From Candidatus Thorarchaeota archaeon (GTDB taxonomy: Archaea; Asgardarchaeota; Thorarchaeia; Thorarchaeales; Thorarchaeaceae): DNA of 46,614 nucleotides. The stretch lies in the NCBI GenBank assembly GCA_003345545.1, contig PRDH01000024.1:1-46614 (forward strand), given 5' to 3'. Position numbers and translations under genes: made by a program. Below the pieces are notes generated by a model. The model was given only the letters and a program-made list of their open reading frames with translations, was not told the DNA's origin and did no database searches. This document shows positions 8,711 through 16,354 of this stretch, piece by piece (position 1 is the stretch's first letter; each line of letters opens with the position of its first letter).

Positions 8711-9537
8711 TGGGATTCGATTTCTCGAAGGTCCGCTACATCTCTCTGATTCGCATGGAGGGAGGTGAGTCAGTTCTTAATATACCGTATGCCGAGTTGA
8801 CTGTGGACCCAGACCTCATAGCTGGCTTCGTCACTGCAGTCATTATCTTTGCCAAGACACCAATTCGAACCATACGAAAGGCAGCTTATGACATCTTGAT
8901 AGAAGTGGGCGCGAGCGTCCTAGTACTACTGGTTGTAGACCCGGTGCCCGATGAAGCTCCGTATCGCGAGAAGTTGAGACGTATCCTTGATGAGGTGGAA
9001 TCTAAGCATGGTGAGAAACTTCGCCATTTTGAAGGCGATGTACGACGGTTCAGAGAGTTTGCCCTTACCGTAATCAAAGAGTTCCCATTTCAATCGGCCG
9101 ACCTCAATATGGTGCCGATCAAGACAGGTAGTGGTGTCAGAATCCCATTCCGAGTTGGAGCTGTGGACCGAGAACTTGAGCAGGTTGAGTCTTTTATCAA
9201 CGGAAAACGGACCGTTGCTGAGATTATGGACTTGATGGGTCTATCAGATGAGGAGGTTCTCGCACTTGTTTCTGTACTGGCAAGATACCGTTGGATTGAT
9301 TTCAAACGGAGACTGTCTCAGAGCGACTTATTGGTGAGAGCAGACTGTCCACCTATCATTCTCACGCGTCTGAAGTCGCAATATGGAAAGGCTCTCGAAG
9401 ATCTGATGAGCAAGTTTGATGGCAAGACTCCTATTGTAGATATAATGGCGTCTCTGCCATACGACAGAGATGCAATCTGGTTCTTAATCAACAAGCTTGT
9501 CGAGGTCGGATGTCTCGCGCCTGTACCAAAGGGCTAG
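8710..9537 (+). CDS. Longin domain + tandem winged-helix protein, NPRL2/NPR2-like (paralogue B)
   Basis: Colinear with the upstream gene (VRYISL.R.EGGE..L.IPY.E..VDPDL.A.FV.AVIIF; GDVRRFREFAL; FINGKRTV.EIM; FDG). TAATG stop/start overlap. Confidence 0.72.
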   Translation: MGFDFSKVRYISLIRMEGGESVLNIPYAELTVDPDLIAGFVTAVIIFAKTPIRTIRKAAYDILIEVGASVLVLLVVDPVPDEAPYREKLRRILDEVESKHGEKLRHFEGDVRRFREFALTVIKEFPFQSADLNMVPIKTGSGVRIPFRVGAVDRELEQVESFINGKRTVAEIMDLMGLSDEEVLALVSVLARYRWIDFKRRLSQSDLLVRADCPPIILTRLKSQYGKALEDLMSKFDGKTPIVDIMASLPYDRDAIWFLINKLVEVGCLAPVPKG

Positions 9538-10364
9538 AGAACTCTGTCACTCCCGGGAATTCCTACAACATCACTACGACATTGTCTGCAGTGCATGAAC
9601 TGCCTAATGTTGCTCGATGCAGCGCTCCGAGCAACATCAAGTTCTCTCGTCGATGGAGCTCTGAGAGATGACCTAGCGCCGCAAGATATCAGGGGTACAA
9701 TATTCTGTATTTGCGCTCCTACATCTGAGATTCTTCGGGAGAGGGAGACGATATCGCTGCCGTTCAGTTCTGGAATAAGAATCGTATTGACCTTCACACA
9801 GATGCCTGCATCTGCCGCTGTCCGAATTCCGCGGAGCTGCCGTGTCACTATCTCTCTAGCCATATTTGCACCTTGCAAGATGCGTCCGTTGATGGTTGCC
9901 CATTCATAGAGATTTGAAGCGATATCGTAGCTCTGAGTGCTCATTGAAACCGATACCGTTGATACATCAAGGTTACAGAGCATTCCCACTGCCTCTTCGA
10001 GCAGAGTTCCATTTGTGCTAAGACAGAACCTCCCATCCATGCCCCTATCGCGCAGACCCTGAAGTGTTGCGTACGTTTCCCTATTTGCCAACGGCTCCCC
10101 CGGCCCCGATATTGCCACTATCCGAAGTCTCGGGTCTTCAGAGAGCTCCCTCATGGCACATTCTACTGCTTCTTCAGGGGTCAGTACACGGGAGGCATAT
10201 CCTGGTTTCGATGTATGACAGGATGATCCCAGATTGTGGTCACAGAAAATGCATTTCACATTACAGTACGTTGCGACTGGCAAGTGAATGCGGGCCCATA
10301 GAGCGTTGCGCGTGTCAGCGTAGCAAGGGTGGTGTGTGAATGGGTATTGTAGAATGGTCGTCAT
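9534..10364 (-). CDS. Stand-alone NifB-like radical SAM protein (no NifX domain)
   Basis: Motifs HPC, ARIHLPVA..CNVKCIFC, SGPGEPLAN, CLSTNG, KVNTILIP..N, HCRQCRSD. Confidence 0.85.
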   Translation of the reverse strand: MTTILQYPFTHHPCYADTRNALWARIHLPVATYCNVKCIFCDHNLGSSCHTSKPGYASRVLTPEEAVECAMRELSEDPRLRIVAISGPGEPLANRETYATLQGLRDRGMDGRFCLSTNGTLLEEAVGMLCNLDVSTVSVSMSTQSYDIASNLYEWATINGRILQGANMAREIVTRQLRGIRTAADAGICVKVNTILIPELNGSDIVSLSRRISDVGAQIQNIVPLISCGARSSLRAPSTRELDVARSAASSNIRQFMHCRQCRSDVVGIPGSDRVL

Positions 10365-10370
10365 GGTGGT

Positions 10371-10763
10371 TCAAGCACTCTGATGCAGGATTTTTCTTGC
10401 ATCTTTTGCTGTACGTTTCGCGTCTGAAAAAATGAGTCCCAGTGCTGCATTCTCCGGAGCAGTCACTGTAAGAATGTAATCCGGAGAGACAGAGATTACT
10501 AACGTCGTACCGAGGTCTCCCTGAATGATAATTGACTTGAGATCTCCCTGTCTCAATTCCTTCACAGTCTGTTCACCTGCTGCATGAATCCCCGCAACCA
10601 TTGCTGCCACAGTAACCTCCTCAGTGCCTGCATGAAAATGGCTCACGAGAGGCAGTCCCTCAACAGAAAAGATTGCCGCGCCTAGTATGGGTGATTTGTT
10701 TGACAGCTCCTTCAACATCGCCAGCAGCTTTTCCTGAATCATCATGGCGGTCTGGTCTTCCAA
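10371..10763 (-). CDS. Roadblock/LC7 (MglB/LAMTOR-like) protein
   Basis: ILGAAIFSVEGLPL.S, VAAMVA.I...GE....EL..G.L..IIIQG..G, A.LGLIF. Confidence 0.9.
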   Translation of the reverse strand: MEDQTAMMIQEKLLAMLKELSNKSPILGAAIFSVEGLPLVSHFHAGTEEVTVAAMVAGIHAAGEQTVKELRQGDLKSIIIQGDLGTTLVISVSPDYILTVTAPENAALGLIFSDAKRTAKDARKILHQSA

Positions 10764-10861
10764 GTCTCATCCCTCGAATAATCCAATCGAATCTTGACTG
10801 ATAAGTCCTCGGATGGGTAAGTTACTGATAAAGGTAATGAGGGCAGTGTTTTTCTTCGTCG

Positions 10862-11869
10862 TCAGCCAATTAGGTGTACAGATGGGACTCTATCACTATG
10901 CAATGAGATCGTGGGTAGTTTCATGACCCGTAGGACCCCCTCGGCCTCCTGCTCTAGACCTGCCTCCTTGAGCATATCCACGAACTCGAATCCTGTTGTC
11001 ACGATGACGCCTTTTACTGGCTTGCCATTTCTCATTGATTCGAGCAATTCCTGCACTGTGAATAATTTGCATTTCAGGTCAAGATCAGTATGTTTTTCGA
11101 GGTGACTCATTCCCTTCTTTGCTATTGCTCTGTTCTCTTTCTGTTCACTAGTGTAGGCTCTTCTCTTATTGATGGTTTTGAGTCTCGCTAGACCCTTCTC
11201 AATGACATCCTGCGCATTCAGGCTCTTGCCATAGAGTGTTTGAACACTCTTTGTAGTAGTCGTGACAAGCCATGCTGTTCCATACACTTCCTGATAGCGC
11301 ATGGCCTTGAGAAGTTCCGACTCGCTGAGGAGCGTCAGTGAACGATATCCCTTGTACTCAACTGATATTGTCCAATCCGGGTCTGAATGATGGACTATTA
11401 GATCTGGTGTAAGCCCTTCTCCTGTTGTCGGGACTGATGTAGTCACTTCCGGGAAGAGATGCATTATCAGGGCAAGAAATGCCTCGTGAAACATATTGTG
11501 TCTAAGGTTCCTCGCCTCCTGAGGATGTCGCAGGCCGGCATCTCTATAGAGAAGAGGCATCTCGACTCGCTGTCCGGTCTTTGCTCTGATCTCGTTTCGT
11601 GTTGTGATGCGGCCCCGAGAGTGATTCATTCTGATCAGCCTCAGGGCAGCTTCGTAACTGATGAGGTCGAACATGATTGCCCCAAGGTTTGATTTCTTGA
11701 TTGAGGATTCTTCTGAGATCCGTCGGGATGCTTCGGAGTATGCCCAGTCTAGCACTTCTTGTCCATCTTTGCCGAGAAGGCTCAATATCGAGTTCATCTT
11801 ATCACTGAGGGTGTGTCTCTTGACATAATTCCTCAGTTCGTTGGCAATTTTGACTGATGTATTAACCAA
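10862..11869 (-). CDS. PD-(D/E)XK restriction-endonuclease-fold protein with helical N-terminal region
   Basis: FHEAFL...TPDLIV......ISVEYKG...ELLKAMRY...AWLVT. Confidence 0.65.
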   Translation of the reverse strand: MVNTSVKIANELRNYVKRHTLSDKMNSILSLLGKDGQEVLDWAYSEASRRISEESSIKKSNLGAIMFDLISYEAALRLIRMNHSRGRITTRNEIRAKTGQRVEMPLLYRDAGLRHPQEARNLRHNMFHEAFLALIMHLFPEVTTSVPTTGEGLTPDLIVHHSDPDWTISVEYKGYRSLTLLSESELLKAMRYQEVYGTAWLVTTTTKSVQTLYGKSLNAQDVIEKGLARLKTINKRRAYTSEQKENRAIAKKGMSHLEKHTDLDLKCKLFTVQELLESMRNGKPVKGVIVTTGFEFVDMLKEAGLEQEAEGVLRVMKLPTISLHSDRVPSVHLIG

Positions 11870-11895
11870 TGCCTTTCTCTCTCGTCTGTGTCGTA

Positions 11896-12510
11896 TCAGC
11901 CTCTTCTGAGGATGTCCTTCGTGAGTGTGACCTCATCGCTTTCCTCATCGACCTTGACGAGGTTTGCACTTGCAAGGTCATATACAGCTTTTCGTACGAC
12001 CGCAGGCATAATGCCACTACCTGAGGCAATATTCTTCCTAGTTATCGCAGTCTTCACGTCATGCAGTGTATACAGGATCCTTGCATGAGGTTTTCCATAA
12101 AATACAGTCTCGATGAGAGTGATATAGATTGCCAGCAAATCACTGACATCGACCTTCTCTGCAAGCGCCTTCTTCTCCGCCGACGCCTCTCGGTAGAGTT
12201 CGGAGACTCTCGTAAGTTGCTGGCTGATTTCATCTAGTTCTTTCTTGAACTCATCCCGTTCCTGGCGAATTTTGTCGACCTCACCCGTTTTTGAGGCTTC
12301 TGCCTCTTTGACTTGAGTCTTGAGACTGGAGACCTCTTCGTTCAGTTGATCGAGTTTGCTCTCCGCAGCCCAGGCCTTTTCTTCTGCCTCTCTTCTGCCG
12401 GCTCTGACTTCCTCGCTTTCATTTTGCAGCGTATCCCGTTCATCCATTATCTTGACTATGGTGTTTTGAAACTCATCCAATAACTGTAACATTCTTTCTC
12501 TATCGGTCAT
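11896..12510 (-). CDS. Coiled-coil protein with C-terminal winged-helix domain
   Basis: About 120 aa of heptad repeats, then HARILY.L....ITRKNIASGSGIMPAVVRKAVYDLASANLVKVD. Start placed at ATG 12510 after GGAG. Confidence 0.8.
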   Translation of the reverse strand: MTDRERMLQLLDEFQNTIVKIMDERDTLQNESEEVRAGRREAEEKAWAAESKLDQLNEEVSSLKTQVKEAEASKTGEVDKIRQERDEFKKELDEISQQLTRVSELYREASAEKKALAEKVDVSDLLAIYITLIETVFYGKPHARILYTLHDVKTAITRKNIASGSGIMPAVVRKAVYDLASANLVKVDEESDEVTLTKDILRRG

Positions 12511-12546
12511 AGGGACGCTCCTCATCTCCTTAGTGAACAACCGGCT

Positions 12547-13692
12547 TTATATCACTTTCACATCAAGGCCGGCAGCCTTCGTTTTTAGATACTTTAGATA
12601 CAATCCCCTCAACTCGCCCAGTGGCAGACCAAACGATTTGAAAGCTTCAAGCTCTCCTTTGCGTTTCTTTCTGAGCATTGTTTCATTCTGTTTGCCAAGA
12701 ATTTCATCATTGCTGATTGCCGGAATACTCCTATTCTGCTCCGCGCACTTCAGGTCTGACTTTGTCATGGACTCAAGAGAGTGTTCAATCTCCGTCAGCA
12801 ACCCATGCCTGTTCCAGAAGTCATCTGTCGTAAGGCCAAGCAGTTTTGCCTCTGGTGTTGCCAATCCTTTGATATTCGCCAGTTCTATCGAGTTACTCTT
12901 AATCGTGGAGAAGATACGCAGCGACCAGGGCGACATGTCAACAAGCACCAAAATCGGTATCTCTTCATCTGCAAGTCTTCGTATCCACGCTCTCATGTTT
13001 CTCCCCGGCTGACCGAATAGAGAACCAACGCCAATTCTCAAGTCTTCAGGTATACCAAGTTCAATCAGATTCCTAGCCATCGCCTCTTTCTCGATGAAGA
13101 CTGCAGCATCAATGTTTATGTCATGTATCGTCACATCAAAAGGCCTGCTTGATATGAACCACCCGTATTCCCCTGCTGACGCGCAATTCAGCCTCTTTCC
13201 AGACATATCTGAGATTGTGACATCGCCATAAAACGTGCCCTTCGGCGAACTGACAACTCCGAACTCTTCGCGTGGAATAGATGCACCACCATGTCGCATA
13301 ATGCGCTCGCAGAGATTGATCATGCGATTGGTTTCATTCTGGTCAGTGATTTTCATGATGTCCTGGACATGCTTTACTTTATGCATGTAATAGAAGTCCC
13401 TGAGACTCATCGACATGTTCTGTTCTAGGTGCTCTTTGAATCGTGAGAGGCCGTACACAAGCCCCGCAACGATTTTTGCGCTCTCGACCTTTCGACCGTC
13501 AATATAGGATGGTGTTTCATCAATCGAGACGTATCCCTTGTCTTCCTGATAGTCGACGTTCTTTTTCGAGGCTCCGTAATATCCGATCTCCGGGAAGACT
13601 CCGTCTTCTACTGTTTCAGCCAGGGTATTGAGAACCTCATCGATGAGCCCAAGAACTTCTGAGGTTGCGTTTTCCGACCTAGAGTAGCTCAT
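12547..13692 (-). CDS. top6A: DNA topoisomerase VI subunit A / Spo11 family, with divergent TOPRIM motif
   Basis: LRDFYY (catalytic Tyr), DQ.E.N..I, PREEFGV....KG..YG, IEKEA, GQP....R, K.ELEA. ATGA overlap with top6B. Confidence 0.88.
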   Translation of the reverse strand: MSYSRSENATSEVLGLIDEVLNTLAETVEDGVFPEIGYYGASKKNVDYQEDKGYVSIDETPSYIDGRKVESAKIVAGLVYGLSRFKEHLEQNMSMSLRDFYYMHKVKHVQDIMKITDQNETNRMINLCERIMRHGGASIPREEFGVVSSPKGTFYGDVTISDMSGKRLNCASAGEYGWFISSRPFDVTIHDINIDAAVFIEKEAMARNLIELGIPEDLRIGVGSLFGQPGRNMRAWIRRLADEEIPILVLVDMSPWSLRIFSTIKSNSIELANIKGLATPEAKLLGLTTDDFWNRHGLLTEIEHSLESMTKSDLKCAEQNRSIPAISNDEILGKQNETMLRKKRKGELEAFKSFGLPLGELRGLYLKYLKTKAAGLDVKVI

Positions 13693-15224
13693 TCAGCATC
13701 CCCTCCTTCTCTCAGAAGACGATCAAGCCGTATATCTCTGCCAGTTGCTTTGCTTAGTGTCTCAGCTATGAACATATAGTAGGATGTAAGGCGAGTTTCG
13801 CGTTTGCTAGACTTCTGCGTTCTGTTCCGTCTTCTGAGCTTCTCACTTAGGTCCCTTAGGCAGTCCTTGAAGCCCAGTTCAATCTCTCTCCGAACAACAT
13901 CAACATCAGCAATGTACTCCTTGCCTACCGTCTTGTAGGGGATTCTGGTCGAGCAGATGTGAATAATGAACGTCAGGGGGTCTTCATGGCTTAAACCATA
14001 GTTCTTGAGGTTGAGATCTCTCACGACTCTGTACGACACATCTGACCGTTCATCATAGAGCAGAGGTATGCGGTTGGCAAACCTCACCACGGTCGCACCT
14101 GCATTTAAGCTGCCTCCGTATGCAACTCCTGTTTCAACGATGAAGGGATGGCCTTCGTGCACACATGGAGGCCTCTGTCTGAATGTTGCTAGCTCAGGAG
14201 CCAGTCTTTCCACGCCTGCAAGGAGTATCTCTTCCCCGACGGGAGACAGAGAATTCGCTGAGGGTGGTAGAAATCCGTCATAGCTCTCTATCGATTTCAT
14301 CACTCTGAGAAGTTCATCCATGGTCAGTGAATTTGGTTGTCTTTCTGAATCTAGGTGTGCGAAGGCTAAGAATTCGCTAGCCTTTGTGTTTCCTACTCTC
14401 TGGAAGGTGGTTGTAAGGAATGATTTCAGAGTCTTTGCACGTGTCATCGAAATCATGCGTCTGAGCATCTCAACATCAATTCCCTTTGGATGCGGCCTTG
14501 CGGCAACTGTGGGTTTTGGGGAGGCATGAATGACTCTATCATACCTGATGATCCCTGCATCTGGAGTTTCGAATAGGAGTGATGCATACGGCACAATAAT
14601 GGCAGTCTGAGCGAAATACTCAATGATCCGCCGCTTACTTCTGAGCCAATCTCCCTGAAGGGAAAAGGTGACCATAGTACCCCGCTCATCCTCCGACTTT
14701 GCGACCTCATGTTCATCAAGAATGACCGGCCGATTGTTCTCAATATCAAGCCGCATCTTCACCTGGTGGCCAAATGGCTCTCCTATTTGCCCCGTGACAA
14801 TTTCGATGGGCTTCTGAGTGGTCACCTGTCCGTAGAGCAGAGCAAGACTTCCTCCAAGACCGAATGTTCCCCGGCTCTGCCGATGAGTGAACTTCGTGCC
14901 AGTCAGCATCTTTCCAAGTAGTAGCGGGACTGTCTTTCGCTTCATACCTATGCCGTTGTCCTTTACCACCAGTTCGAAAATCTCGGGTCCCTGAGTCATG
15001 ATGTCATCTTTAGGACCTTCGTCTTGGCATCTGAGTAGTACTGTAATCTCCGGAAGAACGCATGCTTCTTCACATGCGTCAAGACTATTCTCAACGAGCT
15101 CCCGAACTGCAACGTAGAGGGACCGCGCTGGATTATCAAAACCCGCTATCGCTCTGTTCCTGTAGAACCATGCTGAAACTGATAGCTCTGTGATGTCGTT
15201 TGTCTGAGTACTCGGTGTGAGCAA
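13689..15224 (-). CDS. top6B: DNA topoisomerase VI subunit B (GHKL ATPase)
   Basis: RELVENSLDA, DNGIG, QSRGTFGLG, H2TH region, RFANRIPLLY, PYKTVGKE. GGAGG precedes the TTG start. Confidence 0.95.
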   Translation of the reverse strand: MLTPSTQTNDITELSVSAWFYRNRAIAGFDNPARSLYVAVRELVENSLDACEEACVLPEITVLLRCQDEGPKDDIMTQGPEIFELVVKDNGIGMKRKTVPLLLGKMLTGTKFTHRQSRGTFGLGGSLALLYGQVTTQKPIEIVTGQIGEPFGHQVKMRLDIENNRPVILDEHEVAKSEDERGTMVTFSLQGDWLRSKRRIIEYFAQTAIIVPYASLLFETPDAGIIRYDRVIHASPKPTVAARPHPKGIDVEMLRRMISMTRAKTLKSFLTTTFQRVGNTKASEFLAFAHLDSERQPNSLTMDELLRVMKSIESYDGFLPPSANSLSPVGEEILLAGVERLAPELATFRQRPPCVHEGHPFIVETGVAYGGSLNAGATVVRFANRIPLLYDERSDVSYRVVRDLNLKNYGLSHEDPLTFIIHICSTRIPYKTVGKEYIADVDVVRREIELGFKDCLRDLSEKLRRRNRTQKSSKRETRLTSYYMFIAETLSKATGRDIRLDRLLREGGDAE

Positions 15225-15293
15225 GAGCCTGCCTCCAGAGATGTCTCATGAAGGCACAGCATTGTTCTGCTATGAAGCGTGGTATTATGTCAG

Positions 15294-16187
15294 TCACGCT
15301 ATATTCGGAATAACGAAATAGCCGACAATAAGCATCGATAGAAGTGCTAGCGTCAGGATAAGCCAAAGGGGTTTGCTCCAGTCCTTGACAGCAGCACCAT
15401 CGAACGGTGGGATAGGTATCATGTTGAAGAGACCTAGAACGGAGTTGATTATGATTCCATATCGCACGAGAAACATGAGATAGTTCAAGGTCGAAGGGCC
15501 TAATAGAAAGACAGAGAGCATGGCAGTGATTACCAGTCCCGAGGCGAACAGGAAATTGCTCAAGGGACCTGCTAGGCTCGTTTTTGCGTTAACTTCTTTG
15601 CTAGAGGCGCCACTTGTATACATTGTGCCAGTGCCAAAGATCGGTATCGAAAAGATGATGGCGATAGCTGAGAGATAGTAGCCCATCGATGTCATCCGAA
15701 ACTCGGACCACATACCATAGTGCTGAGCGGTGAATTTGTGGGCCAGTTCATGACCCATGAACGAAAGCAGGAAGACCGAAATCATACCAACAGGGACCCA
15801 CCAATAAGGTCCCGTGAGAAAGGAGGCGAATACAACGATTCCGTTTATAATCCCAGTAGGTGCCCCAAATATCGAGATGCTCACAAGAATGACTAGTATT
15901 GAGGCAATGAGCAGGTCCCTCTTCTCGGTGGCAGAGAATCGTGCCCTCTTCGTAGGTCGTCGTGCCATCTTCTTTTCTGGCACTATGGGTGTCCATGTTT
16001 GATTCTCTTCTTGGTAGTCTTCTGTCTCAAGTGATTCGGAAACCCGATGTTTCGCATCTTCACGAACCCGCTGAATCCCAGGACAACCATGGCTCTCAGG
16101 AAGCCTGTGCTCTCCGCAATAGATCCCATTGCAGTAAGGGCATTTGAAGTTTAGGTCCTCTTTCCCGCACAGAGAGCATTGCATCAT
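15294..16187 (-). CDS. AN1-type zinc finger fused to M50 (site-2) intramembrane metalloprotease
   Basis: CSLC...FKCPYCNGIYCGEHRLPESHGC; HELAH; AGP.SN; FNMIPIPPFDG; multiple TM segments. Confidence 0.9.
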   Translation of the reverse strand: MMQCSLCGKEDLNFKCPYCNGIYCGEHRLPESHGCPGIQRVREDAKHRVSESLETEDYQEENQTWTPIVPEKKMARRPTKRARFSATEKRDLLIASILVILVSISIFGAPTGIINGIVVFASFLTGPYWWVPVGMISVFLLSFMGHELAHKFTAQHYGMWSEFRMTSMGYYLSAIAIIFSIPIFGTGTMYTSGASSKEVNAKTSLAGPLSNFLFASGLVITAMLSVFLLGPSTLNYLMFLVRYGIIINSVLGLFNMIPIPPFDGAAVKDWSKPLWLILTLALLSMLIVGYFVIPNIA

Positions 16188-16354
16188 TGAAACACCTGAC
16201 CAGACTGATTTGTGACTCCTCAACTGTTGTAGTATATCCGTATTCCTATCTGACCCATGGTACCATTGGCCCTCAGGAACAAGCTCTCACACAACCCTTA
16301 AGTAACGATTGAAGTGAGCCGAAGATAGTTCTGGGAGACTCGGAGAGAGAATCA

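Noticed and set aside
9534-10364. Evidence of nitrogen fixation
   Set aside because: A NifB-like gene alone is insufficient; no nifHDK in the window.
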